From: Chloroflexota bacterium
GTDB taxonomy: Bacteria; Chloroflexota; UBA11872
Length of the DNA: 64,000 bases
Assembly: GCA_022820025.1 (NCBI GenBank)
Contig: JAJEGF010000081.1
Coordinates: 48,608 to 112,607, forward strand
Direction of reading: 5' to 3'
Below the pieces are notes generated by a model. That model worked only from the letters and a program-made list of their open reading frames with translations, was not told the origin of the DNA and made no database searches. A program made the translations under genes and the position numbers. Position 1 is the first letter of the stretch, and each line of letters opens with the position of its first letter. Of this stretch, positions 29,580 through 39,326 are shown in pieces.

Positions 29580-30680
29580 ATGCTTCACGGCGATTCGGTG
29601 TCTCTCGACAACACCGCATCCGGCGGTCGCCTCAGCCGGCGCCGCCTCCTGCGGATCGGCGCCGTCGGAGTCCTCGGCTCCACCGCCGCCGCCGCCCTCG
29701 CCGCCTGCGGCGAGTCCCAGGTCGTCACCGTCGAGAAGCTGCTGCCTCCCGAGCGGCAGACCGTCACCGTCTACTCCGGCCGCAGCGAATCCCTCGTCGC
29801 TCCCATCCTCGCCCGGTTCAGTGAAATCTCGGGTATCGACGTCCAGATCAAGTACGCCGGCACTCCGGCCCTCGCGGCCACCCTCCTCGAGGAAGGCTCG
29901 AACTCCCCCGCCGACCTCTTCTACGCCCAGGACCCCGGCGGCCTCGGCGCGGTCGAACCTCTCTTCGCCCCCCTGCCCCAGGACATCCTGGAGCGATCCC
30001 CCGACTGGGGTCGCCATGCCGATGGCCGTTGGACTGGTGTCACCGGACGCGCCCGCACGATCGTCTACAACAACCAGAAGTTCACCGAAGCCGACCTGCC
30101 CGACGACATGTTCGGCTTCCACGACTCCGCCTGGAAAGGCCGCATCGGCTGGGCGCCCACCAACGGGTCGTTCCAGGCCATGGTCACCGGCATGCGCGCC
30201 GTCTGGGGCGAAGACCGCACCGCCGAGTGGCTCCAGGGCATCAAGGCCAACGAGCCCATCGAGTTCCCCAAGAACACTCCGCAGGTCGCCGCCGCTGCCG
30301 CGGGCGAGATCGACGTCGGCTTCGTCAATCACTACTACCTGCATCGCTTCAAGTCCGAGCAGGGCGAGTCCTTCAACGCCGGCAACTACCACCCGCGCGG
30401 CGGGGGACCCGGAGCCCTTATCATGGTTTCCGGCGCCGGCGTCCTTGCCTCGGCGGCCAACCCCGAACCGGCGCACGCCCTCATCCGCTTCCTGCTCTCA
30501 GACGTGGGACAGAGTTACTTCGTGTCGAATACCTTCGAGTACCCCATGGCCCCCGGCGTCGTGACGCATCCCGGCGTCAAGCCGTTGGACACGATCAATC
30601 GCCCCGACATCACTCCCGCGCAATTGACCGACCTCGAGGGTACGCAGGCGCTCTTGCGCCAACTCGAAATCCTGCCCTAA
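29580..30680 (+). CDS. ABC transporter periplasmic substrate-binding protein (Fe3+/FbpA-AfuA-like family) with Tat signal/lipobox
   Basis: RRRLLRIGAVG twin-arginine signal and a Cys 9 residues further on (AALAAC). SBP family 1 fold. Followed by a fused-dimer permease. Confidence 0.6.
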   Translation: MLHGDSVSLDNTASGGRLSRRRLLRIGAVGVLGSTAAAALAACGESQVVTVEKLLPPERQTVTVYSGRSESLVAPILARFSEISGIDVQIKYAGTPALAATLLEEGSNSPADLFYAQDPGGLGAVEPLFAPLPQDILERSPDWGRHADGRWTGVTGRARTIVYNNQKFTEADLPDDMFGFHDSAWKGRIGWAPTNGSFQAMVTGMRAVWGEDRTAEWLQGIKANEPIEFPKNTPQVAAAAAGEIDVGFVNHYYLHRFKSEQGESFNAGNYHPRGGGPGALIMVSGAGVLASAANPEPAHALIRFLLSDVGQSYFVSNTFEYPMAPGVVTHPGVKPLDTINRPDITPAQLTDLEGTQALLRQLEILP

Positions 30681-30691
30681 CCCCGCGCCCA

Positions 30692-32326
30692 ATGGCCTCG
30701 GTCCCCGCAGTCGAACCCATCATCGGGTCATTCACTCCCCGCCGGTTCCCGCCCGTAGGGCTGACACTCCTCGCCCTGGCGGTCACCGCGCTCCTCGTGT
30801 TGCCGGTGATCTACCTGGGCATCAGGTCATTTGACTCGGGGATCGAGGCCTGGCAGTTGCTGGCGCGCCCCCGCATCGCGGCCGTCATTGGCCGAAGCCT
30901 TCTACTCGTCGTTTCAGTCACGGCGGTGGCCACCGCCCTGGCCCTACCCATCGCCTGGCTCCTCACGCGCACCGACCTTCCCGGCCGCCGCTGGTGGATG
31001 GTCGTCATGGTCCTGCCCCTCGTCATCCCCAGCTTCGTCTACGCCCTTGTCGCTGGCACCGCCCTCGGCCCCCGCGGCCTCGTCCAGCAAGGTCTCGAAG
31101 CCCTCATCGGCGTCCCCGAACTACCCTCCATCTACGGCTTTCCCGGCGCCCTGTTGGCCCTGGCGCTCCTCACCTATCCCTACGTCCTGCTGCCAACCAC
31201 GGCTGCATTTCGCCGCCTGGACCCTGCCCTGGAGGAAGTCAGTCGCTGCCTCGGCCGCGGTGCGCTGCGCACCTTCGCCACTGTCACCCTCCTGGCCCTC
31301 CGCCCAGCCATTGCGGCTGGCGCCCTGTTAGCCGCGCTCTACACCCTCTCCGACTTCGGCGCCGTCTCGCTCCTGCGCTACGAGACCTTCACCGCAGCCA
31401 TCTTCGTCCAGTACCAGTCCGCCTTCGACCGAGCCGCCGCCGCTGCCCTCTCGCTAGTCTTGGTGGCCGCCGCCATCGCCATCGTCGCTCTGGAGGCCCG
31501 CAGCCGCGGACGTTCCCGCTACCACGCCCTCGGCCCGGGCACGAGCCGCGAGTTCCGTCCCATCCCGCTGCGTCGCTGGCGCTGGCCCGCGCTGACCGGA
31601 CTAGGCCTGGTCGCGTTCTTCACCACCCTTGGCCCGGCCGCCGTGCTTGTCTACTGGCTGGTACGCGGCCTTGCCGCCGGCGAAAAGCTCCTCGAACTGG
31701 TCGAGCCCCTCGTCAACTCGGTCGGCATATCCGTCCTGGCCGCCGCGATCCTGCTGGTCGTGGCCGTCCCAATAGGCGTCCTTCTCGTGCGCTATCCCAG
31801 CCCGATCTCTCGCTTGGTCGAGCGCGGATCCTACGTTGGCTTCGCCCTGCCCGGTATCACCGTCGCCATCGCCTTTATCTTCTTCGGCATCAACGTGGCG
31901 CGGCCCATCTATCAGACCCTCGTACTCCTGCTGGCTGCCTACGTCGTCCTTTTCCTGCCCACCACCCTCGGCGCGGCCCGAGCCGGCCTTCTGCAAGTCG
32001 ATCCCCGCACCGAGGAAGCCGCCCGCACCCTCGGAAAAAATCCCCGCCAGGTTCTCTGGCGGGTCACCATCCCCGCCGTCCGCGGCAGCCTGGCCGCCGG
32101 CGCCGCCATGGCCTTCCTGCTCGTCATGAAAGAGCTCCCGGCGGCACTCCTGCTTGGCCCTATCGGCTTCCGCACCCTCGCCACCGTCACCTGGGCCGCC
32201 GCCCACGAAGCCTTCTTCGCCCAGGCCGCATCCTCGTCGCTCCTGTTGATCGTCGTCGCCTCGCTGCCCCTCGCCTTCATCCTGGTTCGGCGCGGCTCTG
32301 CTGGAATCCTGCGCGCCTCCGGCTAG
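30692..32326 (+). CDS. ABC transporter permease, fused two-domain (FbpB-like)
   Basis: ATG at 30692. About 545 aa with two repeated 6-TM permease halves. The ORF-track upstream extension overlaps the SBP gene. Confidence 0.6.
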   Translation: MASVPAVEPIIGSFTPRRFPPVGLTLLALAVTALLVLPVIYLGIRSFDSGIEAWQLLARPRIAAVIGRSLLLVVSVTAVATALALPIAWLLTRTDLPGRRWWMVVMVLPLVIPSFVYALVAGTALGPRGLVQQGLEALIGVPELPSIYGFPGALLALALLTYPYVLLPTTAAFRRLDPALEEVSRCLGRGALRTFATVTLLALRPAIAAGALLAALYTLSDFGAVSLLRYETFTAAIFVQYQSAFDRAAAAALSLVLVAAAIAIVALEARSRGRSRYHALGPGTSREFRPIPLRRWRWPALTGLGLVAFFTTLGPAAVLVYWLVRGLAAGEKLLELVEPLVNSVGISVLAAAILLVVAVPIGVLLVRYPSPISRLVERGSYVGFALPGITVAIAFIFFGINVARPIYQTLVLLLAAYVVLFLPTTLGAARAGLLQVDPRTEEAARTLGKNPRQVLWRVTIPAVRGSLAAGAAMAFLLVMKELPAALLLGPIGFRTLATVTWAAAHEAFFAQAASSSLLLIVVASLPLAFILVRRGSAGILRASG

Positions 32327-32372
32327 GCCACCCGCGTATCATGCGGGTCCCGGTCCCCTCGCAGGACGCGCC

Positions 32373-33734
32373 ATGTACAACCCGCACCTGCATCTTCTGA
32401 TCGACGACCACGAAGTCCTCTACCGCGCCGGCCTCACCCGCTTCGTCGAACAGCCCCAGCGTGTGTCCCTCGAACCGGTCCTCAAGCCGGAAATGCCCTG
32501 GGAACACGGCCACGTATCGCTCTGGGGCTCCGTCCTGCACGACGGCTCTGACTTCCAGATGTGGTACTTGGCCATACCCCCCGAACGCCGCCGGGGCTAC
32601 GACCGCATCTGCTACGCCACCTCGTCCGACGGCGTCAACTGGACGCGGGGCGACTTCGATCGCTACCCCCTCCCCGAAGCTCCCCGCAACAACCTCGTCT
32701 ACCGGGACGAGCAACTGCCCCGGATTCACCGCAGTCACCCGTTCACCGTCATCCGCGACCTCCTCGAACCCGACCCGCAACGCCGCTACAAGTTCGTCGG
32801 CTACATGAACGACGCCGACCACAACCGCGGCTATTCCGTCGGCTTCAGCCCCGACGGAATCGACTGGACCTGCGCCCCCCGCGTCCTCCTCCCCCGCGGC
32901 GACCGCACCGCCGTCGGCCAGGACTTCGTCAACGGCGGCTTCGTCATGACGTCGCGCGGCGACAACCGCGGCCGTGACCGGGAGGCCGGCCACATGACCC
33001 GGAGGGACATTGCCGTCTCTCGGTCACCTGACCTCCTGGACTGGACGCCCGGCGTCCGGGTCTTTGAGGGTGACGACGACGACCCGCCCGGAACCGAGTT
33101 CTACGGTATGCCCCTCTTCATGTGGGGCAATCAATGGATCGGATTCCTGGAGTACTACGACCCGCGCAACGAGGTCCTCAACGTCCAACTCACCACCAGC
33201 CGCGACGGCGACCGCTGGGAACGCGCCTGCTCGCGCCGAACCTACTTCGACGTTGGCTCCTCCGACTCCTGGGAAAGCACCTGGGTCGTCTTCCCGCCGT
33301 CCCCGCCAATCGTCGTCGGCGACGAGATGCTGCTCTGGTACACCGGCCGTCCCCTCGCCCACCGCCGGCTCCCGGAACTCACGTTCGCGTCCTCAATCGG
33401 CCTGGCCCGTGCCCCGCGCGACCGCTTCGCCGGCCTTCGCGCCGGTCCCGACGGCGGCGAACTCACCACCGACTGGGTTGAAGTCGGCGGCCCGCGCCTG
33501 CTGCTCAACATCGGAGCCGCCGCCGGCTCCCTCTCCGTCGCCGTCACCGGCGACGACGCCCAACCCATCGCGGGATTCGACCATTCGGACTGCGATCTCG
33601 GCATAGAGAACGGAGTCGACGTCGAAGCCACCTGGAATGGCCGCGACCTCGCCGCCCTTGTTGGACGCAGCGTCCGCCTCCACATTCGCATCACCTACGC
33701 CACCCTCTACGCCTACCGATTCGTCGACGCCTGA
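32373..33734 (+). CDS. Predicted beta-propeller glycoside-hydrolase-like protein (GH32/43/130-superfamily-like), paralog of 61633..63222
   Basis: Shares N-terminal blocks with 61633..63222 (LxxDDxxL/IE, xWY, SxDGxNW). Confidence 0.4.
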   Translation: MYNPHLHLLIDDHEVLYRAGLTRFVEQPQRVSLEPVLKPEMPWEHGHVSLWGSVLHDGSDFQMWYLAIPPERRRGYDRICYATSSDGVNWTRGDFDRYPLPEAPRNNLVYRDEQLPRIHRSHPFTVIRDLLEPDPQRRYKFVGYMNDADHNRGYSVGFSPDGIDWTCAPRVLLPRGDRTAVGQDFVNGGFVMTSRGDNRGRDREAGHMTRRDIAVSRSPDLLDWTPGVRVFEGDDDDPPGTEFYGMPLFMWGNQWIGFLEYYDPRNEVLNVQLTTSRDGDRWERACSRRTYFDVGSSDSWESTWVVFPPSPPIVVGDEMLLWYTGRPLAHRRLPELTFASSIGLARAPRDRFAGLRAGPDGGELTTDWVEVGGPRLLLNIGAAAGSLSVAVTGDDAQPIAGFDHSDCDLGIENGVDVEATWNGRDLAALVGRSVRLHIRITYATLYAYRFVDA

Positions 33735-33748
33735 AAGCAGAAGTAGCC

Positions 33749-35032
33749 ATGAGTGACCTCGCTCTCCTCGGCGGACAGCCCGTCCGTACCAAACCCTTCC
33801 CCCAATGGCCCATCGTCGAAGAGTCCGACGTCCAGGCCGTCGCCGATGTCGTTCGCAGCGGTGCCTGGGGGCGCCTCGGCGCCACCCAGGTCCACGAATT
33901 CGAGAAGGCCTTCGCCGCCTACCAGGGCGCCGCCTACGGCCTCAGCGTCAACAGCGGCGGCGTCGCCCTCGAACTCGCCCTGATGTGTCTGCACCTGCCG
34001 CGCGGCGCCGAAGTTCTCGTCCCCGCCTACACCTACATGGCCACCGCCACCTGCATCCTCCGCGCCGGCCTCACCCCCGTCTTCGTCGACATCCACCAGG
34101 ACACGTACAACATCGACCCAGCCCGGCTTGAGTCCGCCGTCACCGACCAGACCGGCGCCATCCTCCTCGTCCATTTCGGCGGCCTGGCCTGCGATATGGA
34201 CGCCGTCCTCGCAGTCGCTGAGAAACACGATCTCCGAGTGATTGAAGACTCCGCCCACGCCCACGGCGCCACCTGGAAAAATCGCGGCCTAGGCACCGTC
34301 GGCGACGTCGGTTGCTTCAGCTTCCAGGCCAGCAAGAACCTCAACGCCGGCGAAGGCGGCATGCTGCTCACCAACGACGCCCAGATCTACACCCGCGCCA
34401 TCGAGTACCACGACCTCTGGGCCGGCGGCATGCTCGAACGCGAGGGCCAGCTTGGCCAGGGCAGCATGCGTTCCGGCGCCACCTGGGACTACCCCGTCGC
34501 CGCCTCCAGCAACCGCATGCCCACCTACCAGGCCGTCCTGCTTCACCGCCAGCTCGAGCGCTTGGAGGAACAGACCGAGCTTCGCGCCGCCAACGGCGCC
34601 TACCTCGACGACCTGCTCGACGACCTCGAAGGCATCCAGCCCCGCCGCCAGGACGACTGGGTCACCCGCGATTCCCGGCACCTCTACATCTGCCGCTACG
34701 ACCCTGACGCCTTTGACGGCCTCCCCCGCGAAACCTTCATCAAGGCTCTTAATGCCGAAGGCATCCCCGCCGCCCCCGGCTACGGCCGAGCCCTCCATCG
34801 CACAGGCCTCTTCCAGGACCGCAACGGCGAACTCGCCCGTTTCTGGAATCGCAACGGCGGCGAGCCAGACATCGACTACCAGGCCGCCCCCTGCCCTGTT
34901 ACCGAGCGCCTCTGCGCCGGCGAAACCCTCTGGCTCAGCCAGAACGTCTTCCTCGACACCCCCGAAGGCATGACCCAGATCGCCACCGCCATCGAAAAAA
35001 TCCGCGCCTCCGCCTCAGACCTGATGTCGTAG
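33749..35032 (+). CDS. DegT/DnrJ/EryC1/StrS-family PLP-dependent sugar aminotransferase
   Basis: N-terminal LLGGQPVR..FPQWPIV and family-wide blocks. 427 aa. Confidence 0.75.
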   Translation: MSDLALLGGQPVRTKPFPQWPIVEESDVQAVADVVRSGAWGRLGATQVHEFEKAFAAYQGAAYGLSVNSGGVALELALMCLHLPRGAEVLVPAYTYMATATCILRAGLTPVFVDIHQDTYNIDPARLESAVTDQTGAILLVHFGGLACDMDAVLAVAEKHDLRVIEDSAHAHGATWKNRGLGTVGDVGCFSFQASKNLNAGEGGMLLTNDAQIYTRAIEYHDLWAGGMLEREGQLGQGSMRSGATWDYPVAASSNRMPTYQAVLLHRQLERLEEQTELRAANGAYLDDLLDDLEGIQPRRQDDWVTRDSRHLYICRYDPDAFDGLPRETFIKALNAEGIPAAPGYGRALHRTGLFQDRNGELARFWNRNGGEPDIDYQAAPCPVTERLCAGETLWLSQNVFLDTPEGMTQIATAIEKIRASASDLMS

Positions 35033-35096
35033 GGGCGCTTCGCGAAGCACCCCTCTCCCGCTCGAGGCGCCTCACCAACCGCTCGACCCTGCGTCC

Positions 35097-37286
35097 CTAC
35101 GCCCACTCCCCCTTAGGCTCCGGCCACGGCAATTCTTCCCGCGCCCCTCCGTTCGGCCCCCACCCAAAGTCCGCCCACCCGCGTGAGACATATAGCCGCG
35201 GTGCCGGAAAACCGTCATACAAATGCACGTGAAGCGGCGCGCCGTCTCGACCGTCACGACCCCGAAACAGCACGTAGCTTCCCCGGTAGTCCTCGAACCG
35301 ACCGATCTGCGCGCACTCCGCAAACCGCGCCGGGTCCTCGCCAAACACCCGCGCCGCATGCTCTAGCGCCACCCGTGCTTCCGGCCCCCGATCCGCTGGC
35401 GCCGGCGGCCAGATCACGTCACACCACAGCGGCAAATCGCCTGCGTCCGACTCGCCCTCGGCCGTCGTCACCCACGTCGGGGTCGACCACGCAAACCCGC
35501 CGTTCGCCTGCGTCACCCGCACGTAGTACCAGGTCTCCCTCGCCAGCGGCGCCGGATCCGCCCATTCCACGCTTGCATCCAGGCTGCCTGGCAGCTCCGT
35601 ATGCGCCAACCGGTTGCCTCGAATTATGTCAACACGATCGATCGGCGCGGTCCCATGCACCACAACGCGCAGTTCGACCGACCCATCGCTCGCCACCTCG
35701 GATCCCGCCGGCTCACCGTTCACCTGCACGTCCAGCAGAATCCGGTCTCCCGTCGTCGCGTACGTCCGACGCCCGAAGAACGCGTCGCGCACGCCCTGCC
35801 GCGTCAACTCCGGCGCGAACACCGCGGTCAGCGCGCTCCGCACCGAAAACGGACGCCGCGGCGTCTGGCCCTGGCCGAATCGCGGCCACACGTCATACCC
35901 CGGATGCCCTGCGTGCTCGTCCGCCATCCCCACGCTCGCGAACTTGTAGCCGCGCTGCAGTCCCTCGAACACGTACCACTCCGCGTGCTGGTGCATGGCC
36001 GAAATCTCGATTGTGGGCATCACGTCTTCCACACCGTCGCCGTACCGCTGCCAATCCGATCGCTGCGCCGCGTGCGACCCGATAAACACCTTCCCGTTGG
36101 TCGCTCGCACAGACTCGATCGTCCCGGCGATCGTGTCCTCAATCACCAGGTCCGCGTCGTCCTCCATGAACCACACCGTCAGGTCCCCGGCCGCCCGCCG
36201 CCGCTCCCACGGCGTGCGCTCGTACCCCAGGAACGTCACGAACCGCCCCGGCTCGTGCCACCTTCGCGCCGTCCGTTGCAGCTCCGCCCACATCTTCCGC
36301 ACGTCCAGCACCGGCGGACGGTTGAACGCCCCCGTCGCCCGCCCCGGCGTCGAGTAGATGTGGTCGGTCAGGCTGTAGAAATCCAGCCGCGCCTTGTTCC
36401 GCGCGTAGTCATGATTCCACTCCGCCGTCCCCGTCGCGTCGGCGTAGTCCGCATGACAGTGCATGTCGCCCCAATAGACCCGCTCGCTCGGCTCCACCTG
36501 GCAACGAATCGGGTTCGACGTTCCCGACACTGACCCGTCTGCGCCCGTCACCGTCAGCCGATGCACGCCTGGCCGCTCGAAGCGCAGCCCCTCGACTTCG
36601 ACAATCCCCCCGTCGTCTTCCGCAACCGAAGCGCTGGCAAGCTCAACCCCATCGACGCTCACCTGTAGTTCGCCCACGTACGCCGCCCCCGGATTCGAAC
36701 TCGCATCCTCGGCCCGCACGTGCAGCGCAAACGGCTCGTCCAGACCCACCACCGAGGGCGCGGTAACCCCCAGCTTCGCCGGCGGCCCCGGCACGATGGA
36801 GGCCGTCACGCAGTACGGCAGGTACGTCCAGGTCCCGTCCCCCGCGTGGTCCACCGCCACGTAGTAGTTGATCCGCTCGATGCTGTACGCCGGCGCCGCG
36901 GTCGGCTCGCCCGCCCCCACCCGCAGCACCACCTCGTCCCCATGCCGCAGCTCACCCCGAACCACCCGCACCTCGCAGAACCGGTTGTCCTTGTACGTCT
37001 GCGCCAGGTGAACCAGCTCCAACTCCGCGTCCCCATCCGTCTCCACCGTCACGTAATCCCAGCCGCTGGGATCCTCTGTCTGCGGCAAATACGCGCACGG
37101 CACATTGGTCTGGTCGTTCCAAAAACTGATCGCCCCGCCGTCCCGCACCGGCTGATCTCCGCACCGGTACGCAAACGTCCAGGTCCCTAAGCTCCCCGCC
37201 ACAATCTCGATCGCGTGCCCGGGTTCCTCATTGAATGCAACCGTCAAATCCTCCTGGTAGCAGTCATCCCTCGGCAGCTCACCCAC
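35097..37286 (-). CDS. Large hypothetical protein with PHP-like metal-binding motif (DUF3604-like)
   Basis: 729 aa. WGDMHCHADYADATG and DFYSLTDHIYS His-rich blocks. GTG start preceded by GGGAAAGGGAGGG. Confidence 0.4.
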   Translation of the reverse strand: MGELPRDDCYQEDLTVAFNEEPGHAIEIVAGSLGTWTFAYRCGDQPVRDGGAISFWNDQTNVPCAYLPQTEDPSGWDYVTVETDGDAELELVHLAQTYKDNRFCEVRVVRGELRHGDEVVLRVGAGEPTAAPAYSIERINYYVAVDHAGDGTWTYLPYCVTASIVPGPPAKLGVTAPSVVGLDEPFALHVRAEDASSNPGAAYVGELQVSVDGVELASASVAEDDGGIVEVEGLRFERPGVHRLTVTGADGSVSGTSNPIRCQVEPSERVYWGDMHCHADYADATGTAEWNHDYARNKARLDFYSLTDHIYSTPGRATGAFNRPPVLDVRKMWAELQRTARRWHEPGRFVTFLGYERTPWERRRAAGDLTVWFMEDDADLVIEDTIAGTIESVRATNGKVFIGSHAAQRSDWQRYGDGVEDVMPTIEISAMHQHAEWYVFEGLQRGYKFASVGMADEHAGHPGYDVWPRFGQGQTPRRPFSVRSALTAVFAPELTRQGVRDAFFGRRTYATTGDRILLDVQVNGEPAGSEVASDGSVELRVVVHGTAPIDRVDIIRGNRLAHTELPGSLDASVEWADPAPLARETWYYVRVTQANGGFAWSTPTWVTTAEGESDAGDLPLWCDVIWPPAPADRGPEARVALEHAARVFGEDPARFAECAQIGRFEDYRGSYVLFRGRDGRDGAPLHVHLYDGFPAPRLYVSRGWADFGWGPNGGAREELPWPEPKGEWA

Positions 37287-37489
37287 AACACCCTCCCTTT
37301 CCCTCGTCCGCTGGAACGAGGCTCACAACGCCGTCAGAAACCACGAACGCCTCCTACGCCGTTGCCTTTCGGAAGAGCGACTGTGTCTGGCAAACGGCGA
37401 AGCTACGGAACGACTCTCCATCTTTCTCCCGCGTCCAGGCAGAACGAGCGACTCCGCCAGGCGTCAAACTCGTCAGGGCCGCGCCGCTG

Positions 37490-37645
37490 TTTCCCTCTCC
37501 AAGGAGACCCTTCCGTAACCCGATGGACCGGTGTGTGGTGACAATCCCTTCGAGGAGCCGCCATTCTTTCCCCTCTCCAAGGGGAGAGACAGATTCGGGC
37601 GTCCTCGGCCGAAATCGGTGAGGGGTCTTCCGGTCGAGGCCCCTG
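37490..37645 (+). repeat. Conserved intergenic element, copy 1 (about 150 nt; 3' 80 nt about 90% identical to copy 2)
   Basis: GAGCCGCCATTCTTTCCCCTCTCCAAGGGGAGAGACAGATTCGGGCGTCCTCGGCCGAAATCGGTGAGGGGTCTTCCGG aligns with 41757-41837. Contains hairpin CTCTCC-NNGG-GGAGAG whose loop varies while the stem is preserved. Confidence 0.55.
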
Positions 37646-37740
37646 CGCCAACTCGGTCCCCTGTGACCCTTCCTTCTCCGGGGCCGCTTCGCTGCTCATG
37701 GCTCGAATGACCCTCTACCATCGCGCGAACACCAGTCCGT

Positions 37741-38091
37741 CTAACACGCCTCACTGTCGCCTCGATGCTCCCCCATCTCCTCCAGCATCGACCGAATCGT
37801 CGTCGCCGCCACGTCCAAACCTCGAAAGTAGACCTCCCGATACGTGTCGTCCGAAGCCCCGAAGTAAAAGTGAGTAGGCGCGTACTGAATGCCCGCGAAC
37901 GACCTGGCCTGTATCGATTCCGGACCAAAGACGTCGGCAATCACGGCGGTCGTGTCTTCTCGCCACCTCTGAAACTCCCGCGATCCAACCACCCGCTCCG
38001 GCGACCGCCACGCCAGTTCCTTGAGTCGTGGTACGGCTTCCAACGCCCTGGTCAACTGCTCGACTGCTTCCGCGTCAGCAGGCATTGTCAT
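37741..38091 (-). CDS. Hypothetical protein
   Basis: 116-aa ORF with normal amino-acid composition. No recognisable motif. Confidence 0.35.
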   Translation of the reverse strand: MTMPADAEAVEQLTRALEAVPRLKELAWRSPERVVGSREFQRWREDTTAVIADVFGPESIQARSFAGIQYAPTHFYFGASDDTYREVYFRGLDVAATTIRSMLEEMGEHRGDSEAC

Positions 38092-38155
38092 CCGACAACC
38101 TCACGAACCCGTCCCCGCCGCCACACACAGCCTGTCACCGGAGTCCCGGTAAGTC

Positions 38156-39268
38156 CTACAGCCAGGGATTCGTCGGATCCTCCAGCGGCAACGCAATCGG
38201 ACGTCCTTCCAGGTGCGACCGGTACGCCCCCACCAGCATCTCCACCCCGATCAGCGCGTCCTGGCCCGTACAGGTCGTCGGTCGGACCTCGCCGCCGTGA
38301 ATCAGCCTGACCAGTTCGCAGCCGTGCACGTGGTTGCTCCACGTCATGGTCTCCACGCCGTCGGGCGCCCAGCCATCGCTACCGTCGATCTCTTCCCATT
38401 CCAGGTCGCCCGCGGTGGGGAACACGTCCCCGCGCGGCAACACGTGAAACTGCCCGCGTGGCTGATTGCGCATGGTCACCAGCGCGTGCTGGTAGTAGCA
38501 GTCCGCCCCGAGCCGGTCCGAGCCGTACGATCCGTCGCCCACCGGCACTGATTCGAAGGTTCCAATCACGCCACCGGGAAAGAGATACGTGGCCGAAATA
38601 CGGTCGCCGGCAATCGGCCCGGCCCCATTCTCGGAGTGACCGACCGCATCGGCTCGCGTCGCGGGCCGCCCGTCCTGCAGCACCAGCCCCGACACCTGCA
38701 CGGGCGCCTCGCCCACCAGGTACAGCATCGCGTCGAACACGTGCGGCGCGTGGATCATCGACTCCTCAACGCCCACGCGGTGGTCGCCCTTGTCCATCGC
38801 ACGAATTCGCGTCAGCGGCCCCCACTCGCCGGCCTCGCCGCGCGCCCGGATCGTCTGCATTCCCGGGTGCTCGCGGCTGCGGTGCGCCAGGATCACGTGC
38901 GTCCCCGCCGCCTCGGCCGCGGCCATGACCTGCCGCGCTTGGTCCGCCCACGGCGCCAGCGGCTTCTCCACGTACAAGCCCTTGGCCCCGGCCTCGATCG
39001 CCGCCAGCGTTTCCTCGACCCGCCCGTCGTCGTACCAGTGCCGCGCGATCGCCACGATGTCCGGACGCTCTCGCTCCAGCATCTCGCGGTAGTCCGCGTA
39101 CGTCCGCTCCGCCCCGCAGGCCGCCGCCAGCTCGTCGCGCCCCGCGTCAACCGGGTCCGCCAGCGCCACCATCCGCACGTCCGGATTGGCCTGCCACGCC
39201 CGATGCAACCCATGCCCGGCCCCGCCCAGGTCGCTATTCGCAATCGTCACCGCACGCAACGCAGACAT
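38156..39268 (-). CDS. Gfo/Idh/MocA-family oxidoreductase
   Basis: N-terminal Rossmann fold and EKPLA motif. 370 aa. Confidence 0.7.
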   Translation of the reverse strand: MSALRAVTIANSDLGGAGHGLHRAWQANPDVRMVALADPVDAGRDELAAACGAERTYADYREMLERERPDIVAIARHWYDDGRVEETLAAIEAGAKGLYVEKPLAPWADQARQVMAAAEAAGTHVILAHRSREHPGMQTIRARGEAGEWGPLTRIRAMDKGDHRVGVEESMIHAPHVFDAMLYLVGEAPVQVSGLVLQDGRPATRADAVGHSENGAGPIAGDRISATYLFPGGVIGTFESVPVGDGSYGSDRLGADCYYQHALVTMRNQPRGQFHVLPRGDVFPTAGDLEWEEIDGSDGWAPDGVETMTWSNHVHGCELVRLIHGGEVRPTTCTGQDALIGVEMLVGAYRSHLEGRPIALPLEDPTNPWL

Positions 39269-39326
39269 CGGCAGCTACTTCCGGGTCCCGCAAGCCGACG
39301 GGAGTCTACTGGCTAGCGTGGACCGC

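Noticed and set aside
35032-35053. Imperfect palindrome GGGGCGCTTCGCGAAGCACCCC between the convergent DegT and DUF3604-like genes
   Set aside because: Plausibly a bidirectional terminator stem (one mismatch) but lacks a U-tract. Too weak to list as a feature.
35183-36533. Two long + strand ORFs (300 and 310 aa) inside the DUF3604-like gene
   Set aside because: Antisense to a 729-aa ORF with coherent His-rich motifs. Compositionally biased (Arg/Pro).
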